Numbered from the stretch's first letter, positions 48,596 through 58,196 are shown. The stretch is 64,000 bases of DNA from Longimicrobiales bacterium (GCA_965219445.1 CBDCNQ010000003.1:446098-510097); one strand, 5' to 3'. Notes: generated by a model from the letters alone, not told the origin. Made by a program: numbers and translations.

Positions 48596-50479
48596 ATGTT
48601 CCATTCGAGCGCCCACGAGCGGATGACTGCACCGGATAAGGAGACGCAAGCAACGCCCCTCGGCGTCCTCCGCTGCTACTGGCGGGTGGTCGACGCCAAG
48701 GTGTGGCACCTGGCCGTACCGATGGGCATGATCCTGCTCGCAAGCGCCTTCGAAGGGGCCTCATTCTCACTTCTCATCCCGCTCAAGGACGCGGTGGTGG
48801 CGAACTCCTTCGACTTCCTGGAGAGGTCGAGAGGCTTCGGATGGATTCTATGGCTCGTGCCGGACGGTCTGGACCCGTCGGCTCGAGACGCCTACCTCGT
48901 GCTCTGCATCGCCGTCCTGATCATTCTCGGTCGAATAGGGAAGCTGGCACTCCAATACGCTACCCGGCTCGTCGTGACGGCGCGCAACGAACGGTACCGG
49001 GTCAAGGTTGGCAGGGAGACGTTCGGGAGGGTTCTCGTGTTCGGACGGCAGTACTTCGACGGCCAGGCGATCGGGAGAATCGATGCGGAGATCGGGTGGT
49101 CCAGCTCCGTGCTCGGCCTGTTGATCGCGGCTCAGGAGCTCTTCCGTTACGTGGTCTCACTGCTCGTGAAGGCCGGCGTGATGGTGGCGATCTCAATCCC
49201 GCTCTCGATCGCCTTCATCGTGACTCTTCCGTTGGTGCAACGTCTGGTGGCCGCGGTCAATCGGACGGTGAAGCGTATCTCCGAAGAGGGTGTCGAGGTG
49301 GACCGGCAGATCCGCGCACAGATCCTCGACCTGCTGGCGACGATTCCGCTCGTAAAAGCATACTCGCAGGAAGAGACCGCTTCGGGGATGTACGAAGAGG
49401 TTCTCCACGAGGGGGAGAGCGTGGCGGTTCGGCGTGAGCGGGCCATCGGCATTCGCTATCCCATCGAGGAAATCACGATCCTCCTTGCGATGCTCCTCGT
49501 GCAGGGCGTGTTCATCTATGCGACTGGGGATTTTCGCCCGGCCGACCTGGCTGTTTTCGGTGCCTTTCTCATCGTCCTTCAGCAGGCACTTCGTGACTAC
49601 AAGTTGATCAGCCGTTTCAGCCTCCGCGTCTTTGAAGAACTCCCTCGCTTGGAAGCCGTGGCCGGACTCTTTTCTGACGAGGGCAAGTTCATCGTGCCCT
49701 CCGGTGAGAAGGGTTTTGGAGGGCTCGAGCACCAGATCGAGGTCTCCCATCTCAACTTCCGCTACGCGCAAGCAACTGCTGAGGCGCTGCACGACCTGAA
49801 CACGACGATCGCCGCCGGTAAAGTCACTGCTATCGTGGGCTCCAGTGGAGCGGGTAAGACGACATTCGTCGATCTCCTCGCGCGCTTCTACGACTGCGAA
49901 CCCGGCACGATCCTCCTCGATGGCACCGACATCCGGGAGTACTCCCTCTCGTCGCTGCATTCCCGCATGGCGATCGTCAGCCAGGACGTTTGGCTATTGA
50001 ACCGATCCTTGCGCGACAATCTCACGTTTGGGCTCGAACGGACCGTGCCCGACAAGGAATTGGCCCAGGCCCTCGCCGATGTCGAACTGGACGACTTGCT
50101 CGAAGACCTTCCGAGCGGCCTCGACACGGAGGTGGGGGATAGGGGAGTTCGGCTATCTGGGGGACAGCGGCAGCGCATCGCGCTCGCTCAAGCGCTCCTA
50201 CGAGATCCGAACATCGTGATTCTCGACGAGGCGACCTCCGCGCTGGACAGCGTGATCGAGCAGGGCGTGGCGGAGGCGATCAAGAGGCGGCTGAGCGGAC
50301 ACACCCTCATCGTGATCGCACATCGACTGTCCACTATCCGGGACGCGGACCTAATTCTCGTATTCGAGGGCGGCCACATCGTCGAGCACGGCATCTGGAA
50401 TGAGTTGATCGAACGTGGCGGGGCCTTTTACGAACTCTATCGGGCTCAATCCGAGAAGGACACACCGGTCGGAGCTTGA
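48596..50479 (+). CDS. MsbA/PglK-like ABC exporter (TMD+NBD)
   Basis: Six-TM-like N-terminal half; GSSGAGKT, SQD, LSGGQRQR, LDEATSALD, IAHRLST. Confidence 0.92.
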   Translation: MFHSSAHERMTAPDKETQATPLGVLRCYWRVVDAKVWHLAVPMGMILLASAFEGASFSLLIPLKDAVVANSFDFLERSRGFGWILWLVPDGLDPSARDAYLVLCIAVLIILGRIGKLALQYATRLVVTARNERYRVKVGRETFGRVLVFGRQYFDGQAIGRIDAEIGWSSSVLGLLIAAQELFRYVVSLLVKAGVMVAISIPLSIAFIVTLPLVQRLVAAVNRTVKRISEEGVEVDRQIRAQILDLLATIPLVKAYSQEETASGMYEEVLHEGESVAVRRERAIGIRYPIEEITILLAMLLVQGVFIYATGDFRPADLAVFGAFLIVLQQALRDYKLISRFSLRVFEELPRLEAVAGLFSDEGKFIVPSGEKGFGGLEHQIEVSHLNFRYAQATAEALHDLNTTIAAGKVTAIVGSSGAGKTTFVDLLARFYDCEPGTILLDGTDIREYSLSSLHSRMAIVSQDVWLLNRSLRDNLTFGLERTVPDKELAQALADVELDDLLEDLPSGLDTEVGDRGVRLSGGQRQRIALAQALLRDPNIVILDEATSALDSVIEQGVAEAIKRRLSGHTLIVIAHRLSTIRDADLILVFEGGHIVEHGIWNELIERGGAFYELYRAQSEKDTPVGA

Positions 50480-50545
50480 CCCATCCCAGGTCGTGTCCGC
50501 CTTGAGACCGCCCTGCACCTCGGCTAACGTAGGCGATTCTCGCTC

Positions 50546-52234
50546 GTGAAGTCCGAGCACGACCACGAATCAGTGGAGTTCAGCATGGCAGCGTCCCCCA
50601 CGGTCGGGTATAGCATGGTGGCATCCGGCTCGGCGGGGCGCGTCCTGCGCTGGACGCTCTTTGGCGTCCTTTTGCTAGGGCACCCCTTTTGGGCTCCGCC
50701 CTCTGCGTCGGCGCAAGACCCGGGCCGCATGGGGTCACGCATTCTCTCGGTGGACTCCTGGACAAAAGAGGCGATCGAGCGGCTTCGGGTCAGAGGCTAT
50801 CTGCCCGGGCTGAATCCACTGGCTCAGCCCTATCGCAGAATCGACGTGGCCGCTGAGCTGATCGGCGTCGACGCGGACGCGTTACAAGAGCCGGCAGCCG
50901 GTTGGGTCCGTTTGCTGCTCAGTGAGCTCGCCCCTGAGTTTACACGTCTTTCGGCATCGGAAGATGAAGCAGCGGGGCAGCGAGTGGGCTTCCAGTTCCT
51001 TCTGGGGGCTACCGCCGCGGACAGCCGACGGCGTGATCCCCTGATGCCCTACCGTACCCCCGACAATGAGGGATTGGAGGACCGTGCCTGGCCGTCCTGG
51101 GCGGGCGGGCTTTGGTTAGAGACACATAACGTCGCTGCGGAGACAAGATTGTTCCGGGACATCTGGTTCAAGGAGGTGCACGGAGATCCGGACGGGCAGA
51201 ATCCCGGGGGCTTCAAGTTCCTCGGGCGTACGGACAACGCCTACCTGACGCTCGCCTTTCCGTGGGGCAATATCTGGGTCGGCCGATTCAAACGGAACTG
51301 GGGGCCCATCGGTCAGGCGGGCATGATGATCGGGGACAACGCGACATCGTATCCCCAGATCGGACTCGACCTGGGCAGAGGAAGCCTCAGCTACCGCTTC
51401 ATGGCGGGCGAGCTGCTGTCGCTCAACGGGCGCCAGCGCTACGTCGTGGGCAACCGGCTCGATTACCACCGCGGAGACTTCTGGGTGTCCATCGGTGAAT
51501 CCGCTCTCTATTCGGGAGAGAGCGCCGTGCTTCGCCTCTTCAACCCGTTGGAGTTCATCTTCACCGACCACAGCTCCGAGTTCGACTCGCAGGAGATCTC
51601 GGGAAACTTGATGTTCAACACCATGTTCTGGTGGAAGCTGGGCCAGAGTACGCTCTACGGTGAGTTCGCCCTCGACGATTTCGACCTCAACCCACGCATC
51701 GGGGTGGAGGACCGGGGGATCGAGGCGACCTCCTACCAGATGAGCCTAGGCGGCCGCTATCTGGGTGTATCGGATCGCCTCGAGTTCGGCTTCGACTACC
51801 GTAGAGTCTCGGCGTGGTCCTATCGTTCCCCGGTCCTTACAGAGATTTGGATGCATCTGGATCGGGGACTGGCCGACCCGTGGTCGGACTACGACCGTCT
51901 CACGCTGCGAGCCGACTATTATCCCTCGGTTCAAGGCCTGCGCATTTCACCCGTGCTTCAGTTTCAGCGCAAGGGCGAGGGCGATTACCGCATCCCGTTC
52001 CCGCCGCGGGATGTACAGTTGACTCTACCCGGGATCTTCCACGGGGTGAAGGAGACGACCTGGCGAGTCGCGGTGCAGGGGCGATATCAGCCTCGCCGGG
52101 AGGTCGTCCTGGAGTGGGACCTGGGCCGGAGCTTCATCTCCAATGCGGGCCACGTGGACGGCTCGGATGACGGGCGCTTCTCCTTCCTCGTGCGTCTCGG
52201 GCTCACGTTCGAGCTCTCGTTGGCCCAACCCTGA
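50546..52234 (+). CDS. Wzi-like outer-membrane beta-barrel protein (start uncertain)
   Basis: Signal peptide; IERLRVRGYL...QPYRRIDVA; GRFKRNWGP; LYGEFALDD; alternating beta-strand C-terminus. Confidence 0.65.
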   Translation: MKSEHDHESVEFSMAASPTVGYSMVASGSAGRVLRWTLFGVLLLGHPFWAPPSASAQDPGRMGSRILSVDSWTKEAIERLRVRGYLPGLNPLAQPYRRIDVAAELIGVDADALQEPAAGWVRLLLSELAPEFTRLSASEDEAAGQRVGFQFLLGATAADSRRRDPLMPYRTPDNEGLEDRAWPSWAGGLWLETHNVAAETRLFRDIWFKEVHGDPDGQNPGGFKFLGRTDNAYLTLAFPWGNIWVGRFKRNWGPIGQAGMMIGDNATSYPQIGLDLGRGSLSYRFMAGELLSLNGRQRYVVGNRLDYHRGDFWVSIGESALYSGESAVLRLFNPLEFIFTDHSSEFDSQEISGNLMFNTMFWWKLGQSTLYGEFALDDFDLNPRIGVEDRGIEATSYQMSLGGRYLGVSDRLEFGFDYRRVSAWSYRSPVLTEIWMHLDRGLADPWSDYDRLTLRADYYPSVQGLRISPVLQFQRKGEGDYRIPFPPRDVQLTLPGIFHGVKETTWRVAVQGRYQPRREVVLEWDLGRSFISNAGHVDGSDDGRFSFLVRLGLTFELSLAQP

Positions 52235-52237
52235 CCC

Positions 52238-52987
52238 CTACCTGTCGAGGTAGTCGTCGATCTGGGCCTGGACCCCGAGAAGCTGTACGGCCTCACGTGT
52301 GAACCAAGAGCGATAGGACCTGTGGGCCATCTTACCCGGGTCATCAAGAGGCGCTTCCGTCCTGGAAATACTGCCACGGTGCATTCGCCACACGTTCTTG
52401 AAGGGAAGGTCGTAGGCGCGGGGTAGGGTGCCCGATTCCCGAATCGACAGGAGGGAAAGGAAGATGTCCTCCCCGTTCCATTTGGGCGAACCCCGTGCGA
52501 TCAACTCAGCCGCGGATGGCTCAGCTTCGAGGAATACGTCAGCGTAGGAACGGTGCATCATGAGGCAGCGAGTCAGAACCACCGGTGCCTCCCCCCGCTC
52601 ATATCCGTCGTACGAGTATTCGTAAGCCCTACTGATGCGACGTCCAAAGATCCCGTGCAACGTGTATGGTGCTTGGTCAAACAGGGACTTGAGCGCCGTG
52701 ATCGAGCGTCGGGGCACGACCAGGTCGTCATCCACGATCAATACGGCATCGTTCCTCGCTTCCCTCGCTGCGACGAACCGCAGGGCGAGCCCATAGCGAT
52801 CGTTGAGATCCCAATCATGACGATGGATGATCTCACAGCGGGGGGTGTTGTACGAAAAGCACGCCTTCTCACGCCCGTGAGAGACGTGAATCTCATCGAC
52901 GAGGGGATGCCGGGCGAGCAACGGCAGGATCACGCGGCGCAACCACGCCGGACGATTCCAATTCAGGACGACTACGCTGACGTTCAC
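52238..52987 (-). CDS. GT64-like (EXTL2-type) glycosyltransferase
   Basis: LALRF...NDAVLIVDDD, LHGIFGR, VVLTRCLMMHRSY, NGEDIFLS, H..YRS. Confidence 0.68.
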   Translation of the reverse strand: MNVSVVVLNWNRPAWLRRVILPLLARHPLVDEIHVSHGREKACFSYNTPRCEIIHRHDWDLNDRYGLALRFVAAREARNDAVLIVDDDLVVPRRSITALKSLFDQAPYTLHGIFGRRISRAYEYSYDGYERGEAPVVLTRCLMMHRSYADVFLEAEPSAAELIARGSPKWNGEDIFLSLLSIRESGTLPRAYDLPFKNVWRMHRGSISRTEAPLDDPGKMAHRSYRSWFTREAVQLLGVQAQIDDYLDR

Positions 52988-53943
52988 GGTCCTTCCTGTC
53001 GCTCGAATTCGGAGACGTCGGGATAATATGCGTCGAGAAACTCACCCACCCGCTCGAGCACCCAGGGATCGGGATCCGCTCCCTGGTCATCGTTGAGACA
53101 ATAAAACTTGGGCCGCATCTCCACGAGCGCGTCCAACGCTCGATGCTGCTCTTCTCGGGCATTGTCGATCCGATGAAAGCGGTGGTACTGAAGCAGTTCG
53201 CGTGCCTTTACCGCCTCGGCGTGTCGCCGCTTCGGACCGAGCATCCACATCCGGTAAAGTCGATCCATGCGTAGATCCGATCCGGCCCGGAAGCGGCTAC
53301 TGCGAGTCCGATGCAACGCCTTTCGATTGGCCTCCAACATGGCCTCCCAAAACGGTTTGTAGATGAATCGAGGGCAGTGCTCGAGATGAACGGTGCTGAA
53401 GAGCTTCCATCGTTTTCGATAGATGCGGAATGGAAGCCAGATCCCAAAGTAGGTCCCGAAAACCCTCTGTTTCCCCTTGGCCGTCAAGAAATCCTCTCGA
53501 ACCGTGGGAGCTCCGAAGAGAAAATCGTCGTTCAGATAGAGGAAGTGGTCCGAGAGACCAGGGACCGCATGAACGAAGCTTTCGATCGCCGTCGAGTTGA
53601 ACGTCGGTAGGTAGGGGGCGAAGCCACTCAATTCGTCGTGGTGGACGACATTGACTCTTGGATTGCTCAGGTCGAGCCACCGCGGGACCTGAGGGCGACG
53701 CGTGATGATGTGGACATTTCTGATCCAACCCGCGAACATCGCCACCGACCGGAGGCTATACCGCAATAGATCATACAGGTCGCGAGTACGCTCCGGGTTG
53801 AGGTGGTCCGGGCCCGCCGCGTAGTGGCGCATGTCCGCGTGAAGCTGTGGGTCTTCTCCATCGACCCAGGCATAGACGAGATCGACTTCTGGCGTGCCCT
53901 CGGGCACACTTCCAGGTTTACTCCTCTGTGAGGTCATCTCCAC
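52984..53943 (-). CDS. Stealth family hexose-1-phosphate transferase
   Basis: CR1 VDLVYAWVDGED; CR2 LRYSLRSV..W, LPTFNSTAIE, FLYLNDDF; CR3 HCP; CR4 FYCLND. Confidence 0.92.
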   Translation of the reverse strand: MEMTSQRSKPGSVPEGTPEVDLVYAWVDGEDPQLHADMRHYAAGPDHLNPERTRDLYDLLRYSLRSVAMFAGWIRNVHIITRRPQVPRWLDLSNPRVNVVHHDELSGFAPYLPTFNSTAIESFVHAVPGLSDHFLYLNDDFLFGAPTVREDFLTAKGKQRVFGTYFGIWLPFRIYRKRWKLFSTVHLEHCPRFIYKPFWEAMLEANRKALHRTRSSRFRAGSDLRMDRLYRMWMLGPKRRHAEAVKARELLQYHRFHRIDNAREEQHRALDALVEMRPKFYCLNDDQGADPDPWVLERVGEFLDAYYPDVSEFERQEGP

Positions 53944-54070
53944 AACGTCACTTCAGGCCTGCGAGGTCGTTGGGCGAACGACAGGATTCTCATGGTCAAC
54001 CAAGTTGCTAATCTTCCACGGGAACTCCAACATTCGCTTCTCGGAACAGGCTCACGTTCGTCACCCATCC

Positions 54071-54823
54071 ATGATCATATCTCATAGCCATAAGTTCATA
54101 TTCCTCAAGCCCCGCAAGGTCGCGGGCACAAGCGTCGAGGTCGCGCTTGCACAGCACTGTGGAGAAGATGACATCATCACTCCGATCGGTGCGTTCGACG
54201 CCAGGTGGGACGAGGACCAGTACGCCCATCCGGGGAGGAAATGGCGCGGCTACGGTCGTCACGCGACCCTGAAGCGGGTCCGAAAGAAGCTCGGCCCAGA
54301 GATGTGGGACGATTATTTCAAATTCACCATCACTCGTAACCCGTGGGATCTGGTGGTGTCGCAGTACCACTGGGCGACCCGGATGGACGATGGGGACCCC
54401 TACCAATGGTCCGTTGGGAGGACCTTGAAGCGGTTCTGGAAGAACCCCACCCGCGTGAGGAAGAATTTCAGGGAACTCGGTACGAACCTGGCCCGGACAC
54501 TCCTGAGAACGGATGTGGTCTCGTTCGATTTCTTCGTTAGGCACATGTTGCGCTATTATGAGCCCAATGATCCGTTCTACTTCGACCGTTCGGGCTCGGT
54601 GAGCCTCGACTTTCTCATCCGTTGCGAAGATCTCCAGGGTGACTACACCCTGGTCTGCGAGCGGCTCGGACTACCCACAACGGATCTCCCGTCTCTGAAA
54701 ACGAAGGCCAGACAGGAGCGACAGCATTATTCGGCGTACTACGATGATCGAACAAGAGAACTCGTAGCCAAGATGTATCATCGTCACATCGAGCACTTCG
54801 GATACCGTTTTGAAGAACCTTGA
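54071..54823 (+). CDS. Sulfotransferase family 2
   Basis: MIISHSHKFIFLKPRKVAGTSV, YFKFTITRNPWDLVVSQY, YSAYYD, FGYRF. Confidence 0.88.
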   Translation: MIISHSHKFIFLKPRKVAGTSVEVALAQHCGEDDIITPIGAFDARWDEDQYAHPGRKWRGYGRHATLKRVRKKLGPEMWDDYFKFTITRNPWDLVVSQYHWATRMDDGDPYQWSVGRTLKRFWKNPTRVRKNFRELGTNLARTLLRTDVVSFDFFVRHMLRYYEPNDPFYFDRSGSVSLDFLIRCEDLQGDYTLVCERLGLPTTDLPSLKTKARQERQHYSAYYDDRTRELVAKMYHRHIEHFGYRFEEP

Positions 54824-54870
54824 TGCCTTCTCTTCTCTGTTGAGCGCTTGACGAGGGCTCACCCACTCCC

Positions 54871-55818
54871 TTGTTTCCGACCCTGCTGATAGCGGGGGCG
54901 CTCAGCGTCGCCGGATACGGCTTGTTTTGCCGGCTGGAGGGCCGACAGCCCGCCCGTGAGATTCTGTATGAGCTCGCACTGATGCGGCGTGACCTCCGCG
55001 ATCTCGATGCCAAAGCTGCCGCGAGGGAGCCGTCGGACCTCGTCGTCGGCCTCACGACCATTCCGAGCCGCCTTCCGTTGTTGCAGCCGACGCTCAAGAG
55101 TCTGCTTCTTCAGAACGCGCCCCCTCGGAAGATCCTGCTTCATCTGCCGACCTACAGTCGCCGCGAACAGGTCGAGTACTCGATCCCCGAAGAGCTCAAA
55201 GAGCTCGAAGTCATTCAGATCATCCGCTCTCCGGACTGGGGACCAGCTACCAAGATCTTGCCGGCACTCCTCGACAGTGATCCGGATCAGCGCGTGGTCG
55301 CGGTGGACGACGACCGTATATACCGGCCCACACTACTCTCGGATCTTCTAGAAGCCTCTGAGCACCATCCAGACGCCGCGGTAGGCTGTTTCGGCCTCAT
55401 CGTTCCCGTGGACCGAATCGACCGCCGACGAGGGCTCGTGGGCCGAACCATCGACGGCCTGCGGTACGGGCGTGGGGTCTCGCTGCGAGGCTCTCGCCTG
55501 CGTCGCCCTCTTCCGGTGGATATCCTTCATGGGTACGGAGGGGTACTGGTTCGCCCACGTTTCTTTGATCTCGAACGCCTGGCGGACCTCGACGGTGCGC
55601 CTGACGCGGCCTGGCTGGAAGACGATACCTGGTTCGCCGCTCACTGCCGGGTGCCGAAGCTGATTGTACCGAACAGCCCCGGGAGCTTCCCGCGCTACTT
55701 TGCCGGAGGCGTATACAGCGGCAGCAGTTTGGGAGTTCACAACCGTGGTGGTGTCGATCCCGAAAGCCGAAACACTACGGTGCTGATGCGTACCTTTAGC
55801 GATCGGTGGATGCCTTGA
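54871..55818 (+). CDS. Membrane-anchored GT-A glycosyltransferase-like protein
   Basis: N-terminal TM; VVGLTTIPSRL, DWGPATKILP, VAVDDD, GYGGVLV, EDDTWF. Confidence 0.72.
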   Translation: MFPTLLIAGALSVAGYGLFCRLEGRQPAREILYELALMRRDLRDLDAKAAAREPSDLVVGLTTIPSRLPLLQPTLKSLLLQNAPPRKILLHLPTYSRREQVEYSIPEELKELEVIQIIRSPDWGPATKILPALLDSDPDQRVVAVDDDRIYRPTLLSDLLEASEHHPDAAVGCFGLIVPVDRIDRRRGLVGRTIDGLRYGRGVSLRGSRLRRPLPVDILHGYGGVLVRPRFFDLERLADLDGAPDAAWLEDDTWFAAHCRVPKLIVPNSPGSFPRYFAGGVYSGSSLGVHNRGGVDPESRNTTVLMRTFSDRWMP

Positions 55819-55820
55819 GC

Positions 55821-56738
55821 ATGGCGCCCGCAACCTTCATCGTCGGGCATCCGCGCTCTGGCACGAGTCTGCTACGGGCGCTGCTGGACAGTCATCCCGA
55901 CCTCCTCGTGATCCCCTTCGAGACACATCTGTTCGACTGGGCCAAGTCTCCAGATCCGGTCACCACCCTACTCGACCGGACTCGGCTTTGGCCCACGCTT
56001 CACCGCCACCGGCCATCCATCTCGAAAGATGAAGTCGGGGACGTCCTCAGACGTGCATTCAGTCAGGCGCTCGACCCACGGACGCGATTGCTCGCCCTGG
56101 TGGAGGGGTGGCGCGAACTCACAGGCGTGCGCCAAGAAACCCGGTGGGTGGAGAAAACCCCTCGTCATCTGTACGAGTCCAACACCCTCCTGAAATGGTT
56201 TCCAGCTGAAGCGAGGGTCCTCGTGATGCGCCGGGATCCTCGGGACGTCATCGCCTCGGTCCTCAAACAGAACCCCTCGCGCCCCCTATTTCAGATGGCG
56301 CTCACGGGGCGGCTCGCCCATCAGGTCCTGATCGAGCACGAGCCGGATCCACGCTTCTTGGTGGTCGGTTATGAAGGACTAGTGCGGGACCCTGCTAGTA
56401 CCATGAGGACGGTTTGTCAGTTTCTCGATATTCCGTACGACCCCGTGGTCGTTACGCCCACCGTTCTTGGGGCGGAGTACTCCGGAAACTCCCGATTCGA
56501 CTCTACGCTCCAAGGTGTCTCCGAGTCAGGGGTGGGCCGTTACCGCGATATCCTCTCGGGGGCTCGGCTGGAACGGACCGAGGCCCTTCTTGCTCCGGTC
56601 CTTTCGGCGGGGGGCTATACTCCGACACTCACGAGCTCTCGGAGCCGTCACCCGATCGCGAGGGCGGCCATCACAATGATTGTTTGGTCGGGACTCTGGC
56701 GCTCACGCGCCCTGAGAGCCGCCTTCGGAGGGGCTTGA
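55821..56738 (+). CDS. Sulfotransferase (Sulfotransfer_1/3-type)
   Basis: FIVGHPRSGTSLL, WVEKTP, RDPRDVIAS, YEGLVRDP. Confidence 0.9.
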   Translation: MAPATFIVGHPRSGTSLLRALLDSHPDLLVIPFETHLFDWAKSPDPVTTLLDRTRLWPTLHRHRPSISKDEVGDVLRRAFSQALDPRTRLLALVEGWRELTGVRQETRWVEKTPRHLYESNTLLKWFPAEARVLVMRRDPRDVIASVLKQNPSRPLFQMALTGRLAHQVLIEHEPDPRFLVVGYEGLVRDPASTMRTVCQFLDIPYDPVVVTPTVLGAEYSGNSRFDSTLQGVSESGVGRYRDILSGARLERTEALLAPVLSAGGYTPTLTSSRSRHPIARAAITMIVWSGLWRSRALRAAFGGA

Positions 56739-56739
56739 G

Positions 56740-57543
56740 ATGGCGATCGCAGTCCATTCGTCCGAGCCGACCTTTTTGTTCTTCTGGAATCACAAAGTCG
56801 CGTCCCGGTCCATCCTCAACGCTCTCCAGGAGTCCTTTCCCGGTCTCCGCGTACACGCCCAACCATCCTTCCGTCCGCCAGTCCAAGACCAAGACTGGCC
56901 CCGCTTCTTGGTGGTCCGCAGCCCATGGGCCAGGGCGGCATCTTGCTACCGGAACAAGTGCCGCAGCGCGATGGAGGCCTTGGAGCGGAATGGCGGTCTG
57001 GAGCCCTGCCAGCGCCATCTGCTCCGTGAGCTCGGAGCATGGCCCTGTCGGTCGCTCACAGGGGCACGCCGATTGGTCGAACTCGATTTCGCGGAATTCG
57101 TGGGGCTGCTGCCCGGCATCCGTGACGGGAACAGCCACTTCCGTCTGCAAGTCGACGTACTTCGCGACGCGGGTTCGATCACGTCCAGAATCCCTTGGGC
57201 TGAACGCGCAACCCGGACCCTCCTTCACTTGGGCCGGACCCACTACCTGATGCCACGGCCGTTAAAAACCCGACCGACGCTAGCAGCCGACCAGGCTGCC
57301 TTGGTGGCGGCACGAAAACAGTCCGTGCGGTCGATTCGCCTGGAAGACCTCCCTGAAGCATGGGGGAGGGTCGAGCAGGCCTTGGGCCGAGCGATTCCAC
57401 TTCCCTGGCACGCGCGGACAGCCCAAGGAGACGACTGGCGGACGCTCTACGACGCGACACTCCAAGCACAGGTGGCCGACCTCTATCGGCCGGACTTGGA
57501 AATGTTCGGATATGACGAGTGGGCACGGCCTCAGAACGTATAG
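56740..57543 (+). CDS. Sulfotransferase family 2
   Basis: WNHKVASRSI, VVRSPWARAASCY, HFRLQ, YRPDLEMFGY. Confidence 0.85.
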   Translation: MAIAVHSSEPTFLFFWNHKVASRSILNALQESFPGLRVHAQPSFRPPVQDQDWPRFLVVRSPWARAASCYRNKCRSAMEALERNGGLEPCQRHLLRELGAWPCRSLTGARRLVELDFAEFVGLLPGIRDGNSHFRLQVDVLRDAGSITSRIPWAERATRTLLHLGRTHYLMPRPLKTRPTLAADQAALVAARKQSVRSIRLEDLPEAWGRVEQALGRAIPLPWHARTAQGDDWRTLYDATLQAQVADLYRPDLEMFGYDEWARPQNV

Positions 57544-58196
57544 CCGAATCGTTCGATATCCGCCTCGTAGAGCGTCCCGACGAGTTCACGAGTCTCGTCG
57601 TCATAATACGCCCGATGGCTGCCGCGATATCGGCCTCGGCCGGTGCGTGGGACACGGTGTGGAAGTGGCACACCCAACCCCTCGAGAAGCGGCGGAAGAC
57701 GGCTCTCGATCTCCTCGAGCTTGATCACCTCGTCCACGAGTGGCCGGCCGGCCTCATCTCCGGCAAAGCCGGCGAAGGAAAACGCCCCGGAGCGAATCAC
57801 GCTCGCGTCCAACCCAGGCGCCCCAGCGCCACGACCCTCGGGATCGAGGGTACGTACCCAGGCCCGGAAGCCCCGGTGACGCGTGGCTCGCCTTCTCAGT
57901 CGGGAGAGCTGGCCTCCCTCGCGGAAGGAGAACATCTCATAAAGCGACACCAAGCGGCTCCACGGATTCCTCACCATCACGAACTTGAAGTAGCCGTCGA
58001 AGTCCCAACCCCGTGAGGCGAAGACATCGCGAAGCTCCACCGGACGCATATGATTGTAGAACGGGAACTCCGCGGTAAGCTCTTCCGCGGGCCGGCCGTG
58101 GATCTCGGAGTGGGCGTCGAGAAGCCGACGGACCGACCTCGAGCCTGTCTTCGGACTCGCGAAGAACACGAATTGGTGTCGATGGGAGATGCGCAT
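57531..58196 (-). CDS. Sulfotransferase family 2
   Basis: MRISHRHQFVFFASPKTGSRSV, YFKFVMVRNPWSRLVSLY, DIERFGYTF. Confidence 0.9.
   Translation of the reverse strand: MRISHRHQFVFFASPKTGSRSVRRLLDAHSEIHGRPAEELTAEFPFYNHMRPVELRDVFASRGWDFDGYFKFVMVRNPWSRLVSLYEMFSFREGGQLSRLRRRATRHRGFRAWVRTLDPEGRGAGAPGLDASVIRSGAFSFAGFAGDEAGRPLVDEVIKLEEIESRLPPLLEGLGVPLPHRVPRTGRGRYRGSHRAYYDDETRELVGTLYEADIERFGYTF

Noticed and set aside
48064..48597. 177-aa ORF as a transposase
   Set aside because: No recognisable DDE or HUH motifs; it just spans the palindromic element.
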